Below are positions 36,333 through 45,792 of a DNA stretch of 64,000 bases, in pieces; positions within the stretch are counted from its first letter, which is position 1, and every line of letters starts with the position of its first letter. The notes beneath the pieces were generated by a model. It was not told the origin of the DNA. It ran no database searches and was given only the letters and a program-made list of their open reading frames with translations. Location: sequence record NC_061441.1; one strand, 5' to 3'. Position numbers and translations under genes: made by a program.

Positions 36333-36541
36333 GACCCATACTCGTACCTCAGCAAGGCAAGCTCGTTCTAGCGCATCTCATCAATGAAGATCGCAACGAA
36401 GTTTATTTCGTGCGTCACCTTAAGGTGAGAGGTGTGGTTGTGTGTCAAGTCGGGATCGTGCCTGTGACAGTCGTAACATTCCTATATGGCTTCTCGCCCA
36501 CTGTGGATGATTACGATGTGGTTAGGCAGATGCGCAAATAA
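36326..36541 (+). CDS. hypothetical protein
   Basis: ORF before a terminator. Confidence 0.5.
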   Translation: MLRPILVPQQGKLVLAHLINEDRNEVYFVRHLKVRGVVVCQVGIVPVTVVTFLYGFSPTVDDYDVVRQMRK

Positions 36542-36545
36542 TATT

Positions 36546-36570
36546 AGGGTGGCCTTCGGCTGCCCTTTTT
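36546..36570 (+). terminator. rho-independent terminator
   Basis: AGGGTGGCC-TTC-GGCTGCCCT then TTTT. Confidence 0.8.
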
Positions 36571-36606
36571 GCGTAATTTCTCCACATTAGCAAGAGGAGA
36601 AATACC

Positions 36607-37587
36607 ATGTTGTTTGCATTAGGTTCCGCCCGGAAGCGATTCGATGACCACCAGAACAGCGCCCTTTGTTATGGTGCCGTGTTTGACAGCAATGTAACGA
36701 AAGACCAAGCGCTTTCAGATTGGGCCGGTAACGTTGCTCGTGCTGTAGCTGTCTGCAACACCAAAGCAGGAAACAATCTGACGACAGGACAAGTGCAGGG
36801 CCTAAAAGGCAATCGCCTGTACGCCGCCACACTGTTTAGTCCAAACGTCAAACGTAGCTATGGTGATGCTAACTATGCTTTGTTTCTGACTGACTTGCGT
36901 TTGGTATTAGCAGGACCTGTCGCGATCAATACGACAGCGCCTGTTGCTATGGGTGAGAATGGTTTCATACTAGCCGAACGCTGTGTAACTTATATGTTTA
37001 GAGCTGGAGGTACTCCTCAACTCTATAGCACATACAACACGGCTCAGAGCTACAGCAGCCGAGCAGGCGGTGATGTTATCTATACAGTCACCAACGTTAA
37101 TTCATTGCACTACACACGTACTGCACGTATGCCTACGACACTGACCGGAGGTGTGACCACATCAGGCTCAGACATAACAGTGACGTCAGCGATAGGCTAC
37201 GCTACTGTAGGAACAGCGCAGGCATCTGGCCAGTTCTTCGGAACAATTGATGGTGGATATCGCTATCAAACAAGCGGGCGTAATGCGCAAGGTCAGTTCT
37301 TTACCAACGACCCTGTTTTCTATAATGGGAATGGGCTGTATGGTAACGTTCCGCAAAACACTGATCGTAACCTGCGTATCTCCATGGCTGTCAGTGGCGC
37401 TAACGAAACGCCTGTGCCTAAATGGATGGGTAACGTGATTCAGATTGGCCGAGACTACTTCATGATGCAGTACGATATCGGAAGTGGTCTTGATCTGGAG
37501 AGCACTGCAACTCTTGTGCCTGGTGATAATGCTACGTTTACGCTTAACGCAACCAACTTAACATATCCTGACAGAGTATTAATGTAA
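36607..37587 (+). CDS. putative virion fibre/decoration protein, paralog of the 55-61 kb family
   Basis: MLFA start, xFD first strand, similar C-terminal pattern; G/S/T/N/Y-rich; TAATTT motif upstream. Confidence 0.55.
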   Translation: MLFALGSARKRFDDHQNSALCYGAVFDSNVTKDQALSDWAGNVARAVAVCNTKAGNNLTTGQVQGLKGNRLYAATLFSPNVKRSYGDANYALFLTDLRLVLAGPVAINTTAPVAMGENGFILAERCVTYMFRAGGTPQLYSTYNTAQSYSSRAGGDVIYTVTNVNSLHYTRTARMPTTLTGGVTTSGSDITVTSAIGYATVGTAQASGQFFGTIDGGYRYQTSGRNAQGQFFTNDPVFYNGNGLYGNVPQNTDRNLRISMAVSGANETPVPKWMGNVIQIGRDYFMMQYDIGSGLDLESTATLVPGDNATFTLNATNLTYPDRVLM

Positions 37588-37595
37588 GGACGACT

Positions 37596-38015
37596 ATGCT
37601 TCCTCTAGCACCAGCAACCAGAGTAGTCAGTATGCGCAACGGCAATAAGGACTATGATGTTCGTATTGACCGTGAAACCAAGTGGGGCAACAAGTTCTAT
37701 ATGACCCACGAGACTGTCGCAGAACGTAATCGTGTATGCGATGAACATGAAACTGACTTGTGGGAGAAGATAGAGAACGGTGAGATATTGTTGCGCCACC
37801 TTCTCGAACTCTACGGAAAGAAACTGGGCTGTTGGTGCAGTCCTAAGCGTTGTCACGGTGACGCGTTGGTCAGAGCCGCCGAATGGGCATATCAGCTAAA
37901 CTGTAAATACGAGCGTATAAAACGTACTTACAGGAAAAGGCGAAATGCGAAGCGTAAACAAGCAGCGCAAAGTAAAAGCGCAAACACTCGTAACAAGAAG
38001 AAAATTCCTCGGTAG
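37596..38015 (+). CDS. DUF4326 family protein
   Basis: DVRIDR.TKWGN.F...L.GKKLGCWCSPKRCHGD.L. Confidence 0.85.
   Translation: MLPLAPATRVVSMRNGNKDYDVRIDRETKWGNKFYMTHETVAERNRVCDEHETDLWEKIENGEILLRHLLELYGKKLGCWCSPKRCHGDALVRAAEWAYQLNCKYERIKRTYRKRRNAKRKQAAQSKSANTRNKKKIPR
37901..37909 (+). promoter_or_regulatory. CTGTAAATA candidate promoter motif
   Basis: Exact copy 36 nt before ATG 37945. Confidence 0.4.
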
Positions 38016-38523
38016 TAGTCCTTCAATGAAAGCCCTGAGCTGGGAAGTGTTCCAGAGCACATTCAAAGATGTTGCTTACGGACAGTTTCGCCTAGCTTGG
38101 GGCGCCTCTCTGGTAACAATCCATACGCTCGATCAGACACGCCCTAATTGTGATTACGAGTACCTTGAAAAACTCGATAAGCTGATTGACGCCCTCAAGA
38201 CGTTTACCCCAATCGTAGGCACGACCAACCAAGCAGCATTCCGTGAGTGGCTTAATCCTCTGGACACGTCTGCTACGGGAAGCGTTGCATACCACTACGA
38301 TGTTGAGTCAACCGAATCCATCATCTACTTTGAACTGGCCAGTTGCGACGATAAGATTCGAATCTACCCGCATCACTTCCCTGCACCTCAGTTGAAAAAC
38401 ATGGTCCGTTGTTTGGATAACATCCGTGTGGAACTCGTCAACCATAGGGCGACTTACGTGCGTTTGATGAAGCAAATAGAATCTGTAAAGATCAGCTATA
38501 CAGAACAAAAACAGGTGGCTTAA
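37945..38523 (+). CDS. hypothetical protein
   Basis: ORF; start uncertain (37945 or 38026). Confidence 0.6.
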   Translation: MRSVNKQRKVKAQTLVTRRKFLGSSPSMKALSWEVFQSTFKDVAYGQFRLAWGASLVTIHTLDQTRPNCDYEYLEKLDKLIDALKTFTPIVGTTNQAAFREWLNPLDTSATGSVAYHYDVESTESIIYFELASCDDKIRIYPHHFPAPQLKNMVRCLDNIRVELVNHRATYVRLMKQIESVKISYTEQKQVA

Positions 38524-38526
38524 AAC

Positions 38527-38862
38527 ATGGCTCTAAATCACTTGCAGTATGCCCTTGGTCTGCTGGCCAAGGCAAGCGCACAGGTATCTCAGGCAGCACT
38601 TGACTGCCAGCAGCACGGCTTCGACCACGTAGACCCTAAGAGTCTAGTGGCACTGACAGCGCGTGAGCATTTGATCAGCGGTCTGGACGACGTTGCTGCG
38701 GCTGTGTTGCTCGTTGAGCGTGAAGCTGGTCCGCATTTCGAGTTCGTGCCTGATACTCGTCGTGCGCTTAACAAGATGGACCAACTGCGTTCCCAGCTAG
38801 GCTTCGCTATTGAATCTGGCCATGCAGAAGGTTACGAAGACGAGGAGGACGAAGAAGAATGA
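38527..38862 (+). CDS. hypothetical protein
   Basis: ORF with acidic C-terminus. Confidence 0.6.
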   Translation: MALNHLQYALGLLAKASAQVSQAALDCQQHGFDHVDPKSLVALTAREHLISGLDDVAAAVLLVEREAGPHFEFVPDTRRALNKMDQLRSQLGFAIESGHAEGYEDEEDEEE

Positions 38863-39368
38863 GCTACACGTTGATCGTTCAGCACAACATCAAGCTGAAA
38901 ACCGATACGCCTAAGAAAGTGATCAATAAGATTCGTGCTTGGCACCGTGAACCGTGGGCGTTCGACTATCTTAATCGTCATTTCAAAATCGACGTGTATC
39001 GTGCTCTAGGCCCAGGCTGCGGCCGCTGCTTCAATCTTCGTGCGAAGCAGATCTTCAACGTCGGTAGCGGTGTTGTGCCGCATATCCGCACTACTGCGTT
39101 GTTCAGTCGCGGTAGAGATGGCGTTGAAGCGCTTCAACAATTCTTCGACTGTCTGGCCGAGTATGTGGCCAACACAGACGAAGTGATTGCAGTCATCCGC
39201 GGAGAAGACGGCCTGTTTGACCAAAACGAAGGCATGACCAATATGTTTGAGGACGTGCCTAAAGCCTATGGCTATTATGCAGTGCGCATCGTTAACGATC
39301 ACGCCAAAATCGAATGGACGGTTGACGATATCTATGAACAATTACCTTGGGTAACCTATGCTTACTAA
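38859..39368 (+). CDS. hypothetical protein
   Basis: ATGA-coupled ORF. Confidence 0.65.
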   Translation: MSYTLIVQHNIKLKTDTPKKVINKIRAWHREPWAFDYLNRHFKIDVYRALGPGCGRCFNLRAKQIFNVGSGVVPHIRTTALFSRGRDGVEALQQFFDCLAEYVANTDEVIAVIRGEDGLFDQNEGMTNMFEDVPKAYGYYAVRIVNDHAKIEWTVDDIYEQLPWVTYAY

Positions 39369-40032
39369 CATTGCTCGACTTGTCGCTACACAAGCACACG
39401 CTGGTCAGGTACGCAAGTACACTAACGAGCCGTATGTCAATCACCCTGAACGTGTGTCTGCCTGGCTTTCCCAGTTTCACGTAGGTGAAGTGATTGAAGC
39501 CGCTGCCCTCTGCCATGATGTGCTGGAAGACTGCGACGTTAGTTACTCTGCGCTCGAAATGACGGTCGGTACTCAGGTTGCAGATCTGGTGCAGGAAGTC
39601 ACTAACGGCGTTTATCCTGAAGGTACGCCGCGCATCGAGAAGTATTGGGGAAACATCCTCAAGTTACTGCAAGCCAGTCATCAAGCGCAAACTCTCAAGT
39701 GCGGTGATATCTACGACAACTGCAAAGACGTGTACGATCTGGACCCGTCTTATGCTGCGCGTTACATCGCAGAGAAGTTCTTCCTCGTGCGTTCGTTCAC
39801 ACGCGCTCAAGGTGACGTGCGCGATGCAACGCTGAATCTGCTGTCTGAGATCTATAACGGCATGTCTGACGGCCATAAGATTTACTGTCTGGAGTACATT
39901 CAGCACATTGGCCGCGAGTGTCCAGACGACATGGTTGTTCGTTTCCACAACATTATGGTTGAAGCCAACACCTACAATGGCTGCACCCTTCGTATCGGGG
40001 ATAACTATGGAACTGCGCCTGCCTCCGTTTAA
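39358..40032 (+). CDS. HD-domain hydrolase, RelA/SpoT/Mesh1-like (small alarmone hydrolase candidate)
   Basis: AHAGQVRK...EPYVNHP, ALCHDVLED, KCGDIYDN. Confidence 0.85.
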   Translation: MLTNIARLVATQAHAGQVRKYTNEPYVNHPERVSAWLSQFHVGEVIEAAALCHDVLEDCDVSYSALEMTVGTQVADLVQEVTNGVYPEGTPRIEKYWGNILKLLQASHQAQTLKCGDIYDNCKDVYDLDPSYAARYIAEKFFLVRSFTRAQGDVRDATLNLLSEIYNGMSDGHKIYCLEYIQHIGRECPDDMVVRFHNIMVEANTYNGCTLRIGDNYGTAPASV

Positions 40033-40381
40033 AACTCGGTCTGTGCTGGTTGAGCACATGGACGTCAAGCAAAAGCAAGCTGTAGCTATTCTGTCAGTCA
40101 GTGAGACTAGCTGGTGGGGATATAAGAAACGCCATCTGCGTGTAGCTATGCAGTGCCGTAAGGCTACACGCAAAGAACCAGAGTGGTCTGCATTAGTTCG
40201 TTGGGATGACGGCTACATGGTTGCACCAATCTGCAAGGACAGTGACGTCCTGACAGTAGCAACCAATACACTACGCGATATGCGCAACATGAACATGACA
40301 CATTATGATCAGTTGCTTGCGCACCGCCTATCCATTCATATGAGAAAGCATCATGGCAAAACTCTCGCTGCATCTGTTTGA
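40007..40381 (+). CDS. hypothetical protein
   Basis: GGGG RBS, operon packing. Confidence 0.55.
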   Translation: MELRLPPFKTRSVLVEHMDVKQKQAVAILSVSETSWWGYKKRHLRVAMQCRKATRKEPEWSALVRWDDGYMVAPICKDSDVLTVATNTLRDMRNMNMTHYDQLLAHRLSIHMRKHHGKTLAASV

Positions 40382-40736
40382 AAACGTGGTGAACGAACAG
40401 GAGTTCGCTGAACGTCGCTTCCACAAAAGCATTATGTTTATGCACGGTGTATCGTCCAACAGCCCTTACGCCAAAGACAGCCTGCCTGTAACGTTCGCTG
40501 TATACGAAGTGGGTGATACTCGCACATATGCTGCAACTGTAGGCCAGAAGTTGTCTGAACAGCTACAGGAAGCGATGAACCTTGAGCCTGTGCGTGTTTG
40601 GCAGTTGGTTCGTCGTGGTAATGATGTGTTCTTTGTTGGCGAAAGCTCCGAAGCAATCGTCGCAGACAACGTGGTACCGTTAGAGATTCGTGTGGAGGGA
40701 GGGCAAGATGCTGAACGCTGCTGGTCCCGCGCTTGA
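40353..40736 (+). CDS. hypothetical protein
   Basis: ORF in operon. Confidence 0.55.
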   Translation: MAKLSLHLFENVVNEQEFAERRFHKSIMFMHGVSSNSPYAKDSLPVTFAVYEVGDTRTYAATVGQKLSEQLQEAMNLEPVRVWQLVRRGNDVFFVGESSEAIVADNVVPLEIRVEGGQDAERCWSRA

Positions 40737-41358
40737 GTTAACAACGAAAGACGTTGAAGCGTACTGGCGTGGTCGTGCGTATATTGAAGCTGCTCGTTTG
40801 GCCCACGATGCACACGACGATAAGACCGCCAACACCATGACGTATCAGGCGATTGAGCCTTATCTCGAACAAGGCCGTGCTGCTATTGCTGATGAACGAG
40901 CGGCACATACAGGTGATGACTTACCTGACGCCGTGTTTGAAGAAGGGCAGACGCTCGAAGCGCGTTTCGTTGTGCTGCTGGCTTTGATGTTGGACAGTGA
41001 TCGACAGGAAGTTGGCGGGAAGACGATTCTTTCCATGGCGCATCTGTCTGCTGCGGCGCGTGATAAGAAGATCGTGTTAGTGCTTAACGGCCACAACACC
41101 GATCTCGCTCGCTCTTTGGCCCTTGAGTCTGGTTATGAGGTACGTGACTCAGGCCTGATCGCGGCTATTAGCGAAAAGATGGCCAGATGTTCACAGAGCA
41201 CAGGTTTCTTTGAACTTGATACGCCTCGTATCGCCAAAGAGCCTGATGTTAATCTCAAGGCCGTTAGGCAGAAGCATAATCGTGTTGGACGCCATGCAGG
41301 TAATCAGCGCTTCAACGCGAAGCCGCAGCGTCAGAACTTCAAAGGCCGTGGCCGATGA
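40708..41358 (+). CDS. hypothetical protein with basic C-tail
   Basis: GGAGGGAGG RBS. Confidence 0.65.
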   Translation: MLNAAGPALELTTKDVEAYWRGRAYIEAARLAHDAHDDKTANTMTYQAIEPYLEQGRAAIADERAAHTGDDLPDAVFEEGQTLEARFVVLLALMLDSDRQEVGGKTILSMAHLSAAARDKKIVLVLNGHNTDLARSLALESGYEVRDSGLIAAISEKMARCSQSTGFFELDTPRIAKEPDVNLKAVRQKHNRVGRHAGNQRFNAKPQRQNFKGRGR

Positions 41359-41723
41359 TTCACGAAATGTATGCGATTGAGTACGCGAACAATATTCCCA
41401 CGCGTATTCACGTATTTCGTCCAGAGAAAGACACGCAGCAATCTGATTACCGTGCGCTCGTCAGCATGGGCGCTTTCGATAAGCATATGGGTTTGATATG
41501 TGCTCGTGATCTTGCAGCGAAACGCTTCTGGTTGAAACGCAAGTTCGAATGGGAACAACTGGTGGAGAGCGACAGGCGTATGATGCGCCTACGTCATTCT
41601 CCTATTTGGATTAATCTTCCAAAGCAGATACACGATGACCTGTGGTCGTTCTATCGTGCAGTCGGCTGGGACTACAAGAGCAAGCGATTCGTTGACCAAA
41701 AATCCACTATCTCTGCCGTGTGA
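41355..41723 (+). CDS. hypothetical protein
   Basis: ATGA-coupled ORF. Confidence 0.6.
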   Translation: MIHEMYAIEYANNIPTRIHVFRPEKDTQQSDYRALVSMGAFDKHMGLICARDLAAKRFWLKRKFEWEQLVESDRRMMRLRHSPIWINLPKQIHDDLWSFYRAVGWDYKSKRFVDQKSTISAV

Positions 41724-41854
41724 AGTAACTAGCTTACTCGCGGTATCAACGCGCAGCGGGAAATTTCTCGAAGTGCTGAATAGCAACATCATTATACCAG
41801 CTGGGCAAAGTATCAGTCATGTTGTCGATGCTGCCCTTGTTGAGGGGAACGTGC

Positions 41855-42202
41855 ATGGGCTTGAAAGATTGGTTGATAACGACGGAGACAGTCATCCATA
41901 AGATGGTTGTCGATCCAAAAGAAGGTACGGCAGTGGGTCTGGTCGAGACTGTCTACTACGGACCTAAACGCACTGGCGGGCAGCGTCTGCACAGCGCAAC
42001 TCTGTCCTGCGTCTGCCATGATATCTATCGTCGCCATTTGACGTGGACTGATATTAATGGCATGGCAGACTTGCTGCCTAAGTATAACACCGCGAAGTCA
42101 TTGAGCCGTAGACTGCGCACCGAAATAAACAAACTCGTAGCTGAGGGTAAAATCAATGGCGAGTCCATTATCAGAGATGCGTATCGGCAGCCCACTGCCT
42201 GA
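41855..42202 (+). CDS. hypothetical protein
   Basis: GAGGGG RBS. Confidence 0.55.
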   Translation: MGLKDWLITTETVIHKMVVDPKEGTAVGLVETVYYGPKRTGGQRLHSATLSCVCHDIYRRHLTWTDINGMADLLPKYNTAKSLSRRLRTEINKLVAEGKINGESIIRDAYRQPTA

Positions 42203-42878
42203 TTCAAAAGAACTTATCGCCAAGCAGTTGCGCGACGGTACGATTGAGTTCCTGTCGGGCGTGGATGCGCTGGACGCATTAAGCACCGTGACGCTGCGCT
42301 CTGCTTCTGAAATCGGTCTGGATGTATTGAACGGTACTTGGTGCTTCTCGCCTAAGTATATGTACGAAACGCGTCATCCAGTTTCGTACACGTTCGGACA
42401 CACGCAAGCGAAAGAGATCGGCGGGTACAGTGACCTGCTGCACACGATGGTACAGAAAGCCGCGCAAGAGTTCTACTACGGACCTCTTGGTCTTATCCGC
42501 AAGTTCCTCATTCAGCATGAAGCACAGACAGGGAAGACTGACCTGTTGCTGCCTCAGGAGTGGTCTGTTGTTATCGACGACAACCTGAAAATGCAGGACT
42601 TCCTGGGCGTCATCGAAGGCTATGTCCGTGGTAACGCACGACAAGCTGTTGCTGCGGCTGTGTATGAACAGTTCTACTCTGACACGCAGAACCCAACTCG
42701 GCCTGTCCGTCTGGTGTACAAGCGTTCGGGTGTTTGGATTTACCCTGCCGATGATACCAAGATTCGTGGTCGTGGTCAGTTTGATATGACGCCTATTATC
42801 CGCTTCATCTCTAATCCGAGAGGCCACGGCCTCAATCAGGAGATTTTCAAAGCGTACCGTGCGCTCGTAAATCTGTAA
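42156..42878 (+). CDS. hypothetical protein
   Basis: 240 aa ORF. Confidence 0.65.
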   Translation: MASPLSEMRIGSPLPDSKELIAKQLRDGTIEFLSGVDALDALSTVTLRSASEIGLDVLNGTWCFSPKYMYETRHPVSYTFGHTQAKEIGGYSDLLHTMVQKAAQEFYYGPLGLIRKFLIQHEAQTGKTDLLLPQEWSVVIDDNLKMQDFLGVIEGYVRGNARQAVAAAVYEQFYSDTQNPTRPVRLVYKRSGVWIYPADDTKIRGRGQFDMTPIIRFISNPRGHGLNQEIFKAYRALVNL

Positions 42879-42881
42879 ATA
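42873..42881 (+). promoter_or_regulatory. CTGTAAATA candidate promoter motif
   Basis: Spans the stop of the upstream gene, 58 nt before ATG 42939. Confidence 0.5.
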
Positions 42882-42938
42882 CTGATTGCTAAAGTTATCC
42901 GTTTAATCTGACTATCAAATCTCTATAAGGAAAGAATC

Positions 42939-43640
42939 ATGCCTTCTGTTAATGAAGCTCGCTCTCGTTCTGGTGTAGTTGACAACAGCGCCAAGTCGGT
43001 CAAAGGTGCAAACAAAGCAGGTCCTATTAAAGGTGGCGAACGTCCTATGGCGGCCGCTGGTGCTGCTCCTGCGTACCATCAGGTTCAACCGAACGTTCAG
43101 CCGGGTAGTGTTGCCGCTTCTCTGTCAGGCCGCGCTTCAAATATCAGCGTTGCCACTGCTGATCTTGCTGCTGTACTGGCCCGTCTGGGCATGTATGATG
43201 CAGAGCCTCGTCTGGACCAAACCTCCTGCTCTACCGAAAACGTACTGGCCGTTCTGGACAATCACGTTGACCTCGAAGTGCGTTCTCTCGAAACCTTCCT
43301 GACTGCTGCTATCTACGGCGCCGAAGACAAAGAAGTGTGTGACGAGTGCGATCAGGAAGAAGTGAAGGGCGGCGTTGCTGAAACTAACTACGGCAGCAAG
43401 TTCTTCTATCACGCCGATGTTATTCACAGCCGTCTGCGCGACATTGATCGCAAGCTGGAGCGTATTCGTGTTTCTCTGCTGGGCGAGCGTCCTGCTGTGG
43501 CCGAAGCGAAAACTGCAAACAACGACAGCACCGCCAGCCTGCATCAGTGCGTGTCAGTTCTGATCTCCCGTATTGATACTACGGTTGAGCGTGTGACTGA
43601 GCTGACCTCCGATATCCGTAACGGCCTGCTGGGCGAGTAA
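42939..43640 (+). CDS. hypothetical helical protein
   Basis: AAGGA RBS; strongly biased codon usage. Confidence 0.75.
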   Translation: MPSVNEARSRSGVVDNSAKSVKGANKAGPIKGGERPMAAAGAAPAYHQVQPNVQPGSVAASLSGRASNISVATADLAAVLARLGMYDAEPRLDQTSCSTENVLAVLDNHVDLEVRSLETFLTAAIYGAEDKEVCDECDQEEVKGGVAETNYGSKFFYHADVIHSRLRDIDRKLERIRVSLLGERPAVAEAKTANNDSTASLHQCVSVLISRIDTTVERVTELTSDIRNGLLGE

Positions 43641-43645
43641 TCGTC

Positions 43646-44605
43646 GTGCCTCGTCTTACACCTTCTTTTGGAGAAATAATCGTGATCGATTTTGACAATA
43701 CTGTTATTCGTTTCGACGAAGAACGTCGCCCGTACTACACCGCTCGCGGCGCTAAAGGTAAGTTCGAACGTGTCTACCTGAGCGATGCAGAACAGCAGTC
43801 CTACAAAGAGCACGAAGTAGAAAAACGCGATCGTCTGAACAGCCAGGCTGTAGCGCCTGCGCGTAGTTTCCATGAAAGCGGTCCTACAGGTCCCGTTGGT
43901 CCAGGTCCATGCCCTGTAGGCGAAATCGCAGAACAAGAGCCGGATGAAGTTGATATGCCTATGCCGTTAGAGCTGACCGAAGTTCCTCAGTCTCCTGCAC
44001 GTACTCTGGCCTGTCGCTCTGTTACGCTGATCAACTCCATGGCTGACTTGTCTGGCGCACTGTACGCGTTCGGTGTTATCGACACCAATCACGTCGGTAA
44101 TCTGACGCACTTCATCCACCAGCAGATGAACAACGAAGAATGCGGTGAAGACTCTGACGGCGGCCTGGTATCGGCGTATGCTTTCACCAATCGCATCGCT
44201 GCAAACCTGTACCACACGTATAACGACGAGCGCTCCTACAGTCCTATGTTCGTTGTAGCGGAGCACGTAACGCCTGTTGTTACGCTGCTGCAATATTTGA
44301 TGGGCATCGCGTTCCCTAACGGTGACATGGCAGTTCGCGCACAGCAACAGGGTCTGATGTATCGTAAGAACGATGACCTGCGTAGCTTGATCGAAGATCT
44401 GCAAACCGTATACAACAACATTCAGGCTGATCTTGGCTATGCTGGCGAAACGTTTGTTGGTGAAGTCCCTGCTGAAATCGGCGGTGACTTGGTTCTGACA
44501 GAAGGCTTGTCTAAAATCGGTCTGGTTCGTGCTGCCGACGAAATGGTGCAGTACCTGATCAACCGTGTAGACACTCTGGTAAGTATGCTGAACGCAGAAA
44601 TGTAA
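43646..44605 (+). CDS. hypothetical protein
   Basis: 319 aa ORF ending at the strand switch. Confidence 0.7.
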   Translation: MPRLTPSFGEIIVIDFDNTVIRFDEERRPYYTARGAKGKFERVYLSDAEQQSYKEHEVEKRDRLNSQAVAPARSFHESGPTGPVGPGPCPVGEIAEQEPDEVDMPMPLELTEVPQSPARTLACRSVTLINSMADLSGALYAFGVIDTNHVGNLTHFIHQQMNNEECGEDSDGGLVSAYAFTNRIAANLYHTYNDERSYSPMFVVAEHVTPVVTLLQYLMGIAFPNGDMAVRAQQQGLMYRKNDDLRSLIEDLQTVYNNIQADLGYAGETFVGEVPAEIGGDLVLTEGLSKIGLVRAADEMVQYLINRVDTLVSMLNAEM

Positions 44606-44624
44606 TTAGGCGCTGTGGAAATAG

Positions 44625-44660
44625 AAAAGGGCGACTCTCATCACGAGGGCCGCCCTTTTT
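44625..44660. terminator. bidirectional terminator at the convergent strand switch
   Basis: AAAAGGGCG...CGCCCTTTTT with A- and T-tracts on both sides. Confidence 0.8.
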
Positions 44661-44662
44661 CG

Positions 44663-45127
44663 TTATAACGCCAAACCAATACCAATGGCTGCTGCGATAC
44701 GTGTCATCCACAGCTGGAAGTTCGCTGCCTTTTGGTCTTCAATGCGAGCCTTACGCTCCGCCACCAAATCCTCAGACAAACCGTTGGCCCTCACTTCTTC
44801 TGCTTGGGCTAAACGCAGTAACTTGTTGCGCTCATCAATCGTAAGGTTGAGAACGTCAATCAACTTGTTGCGCTCTTCGGTACGATCTTGTCCCGCCTTG
44901 TACAGGTTGATCAAATCAACCATGCCCTTATTGTCCAGAACTGCTACCTTCCGCTCATCAATCACTTTGATTTTGACGGCAGGCTTGGCAGGAACCTTCT
45001 CTGGCGTCCACTCAACACGATTAATCTGCTGAATGTCCTGCATGGTCGTTTTCTTCTGCTCGCTAATCCCAGACAGTGAACTGCATCCAGAAACGAGCAA
45101 CAACAGGAGTAACGTGATTATTCTCAT
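44663..45127 (-). CDS. spanin-like lipoprotein (o-spanin or u-spanin)
   Basis: Lipobox LVSG-C, coiled-coil body, hydrophobic C-terminus. Confidence 0.65.
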   Translation of the reverse strand: MRIITLLLLLLVSGCSSLSGISEQKKTTMQDIQQINRVEWTPEKVPAKPAVKIKVIDERKVAVLDNKGMVDLINLYKAGQDRTEERNKLIDVLNLTIDERNKLLRLAQAEEVRANGLSEDLVAERKARIEDQKAANFQLWMTRIAAAIGIGLAL

Positions 45128-45420
45128 AGCTTATTGTACCTGTCTACCAGCTCATCCATGCTGTCATCTTCTGACGGAGGCTTAACATCAGTCTCAGGCT
45201 TCCGCTCGTTCAGGTCCTTCACCGCATCGTTGACAGTCTGGCTGTCTTGGACTTGGTTCTTGATTGCCTGTTCGCGCGTATTCTCATCGGCTTTCTGCTC
45301 ACCTGTCGTAGTCGAAGCGCTTGTCGCAGGACGGCGAAGTAGCAACGCCGACACGATAAGCACCGCAACAGATGCGAAAACCTTCCAGTATTTTCTCAAC
45401 AACTCAATAGCCTTAGACAT
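45124..45420 (-). CDS. i-spanin-like membrane protein
   Basis: Single N-terminal TM, polar coiled tail, overlaps the lipoprotein gene start. Confidence 0.55.
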   Translation of the reverse strand: MSKAIELLRKYWKVFASVAVLIVSALLLRRPATSASTTTGEQKADENTREQAIKNQVQDSQTVNDAVKDLNERKPETDVKPPSEDDSMDELVDRYNKL

Positions 45421-45436
45421 AATCAGCACTCCTGCA

Positions 45437-45739
45437 TTATTCTGCGTCTTCTTTCTTTGCTGCCTTAGAAGTCTGCGTGTTAATCAGGTTCTCAACGGTG
45501 AATGCCAAGCTAAAGTAAGTCAGATGGTCAGTCTGTCCTGCTGTCAGCATACCGATGAACATGCCCGTAGACACAAACACTGCGGCGATAGACGAGATTG
45601 GATTTGACGTCCAATACTCTTTCCAGTTGAGGCCTTCCCGCTTGGTCTTGACCACATAGTTCATCAAGACTCCGCCGACATATGAAAGCAAGAAGGCTAC
45701 GATTTGAATCGGCGCGAGATTCGTTACTACATCACCCAT
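45437..45739 (-). CDS. holin-like membrane protein
   Basis: About 100 aa, 2-3 hydrophobic segments, charged C-terminus, upstream of the spanin-like pair. Confidence 0.55.
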   Translation of the reverse strand: MGDVVTNLAPIQIVAFLLSYVGGVLMNYVVKTKREGLNWKEYWTSNPISSIAAVFVSTGMFIGMLTAGQTDHLTYFSLAFTVENLINTQTSKAAKKEDAE

Positions 45740-45760
45740 TTTCAATACTCCGTATCGACA

Positions 45761-45789
45761 AAAGAAAGGGAGAGCCGAAGCCCTCCCTA
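45761..45789 (-). terminator. rho-independent terminator
   Basis: On - strand AGGGAGGGC-TTCG-GCTCTCCCT then TTCTTT. Confidence 0.75.
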
Positions 45790-45792
45790 TGG

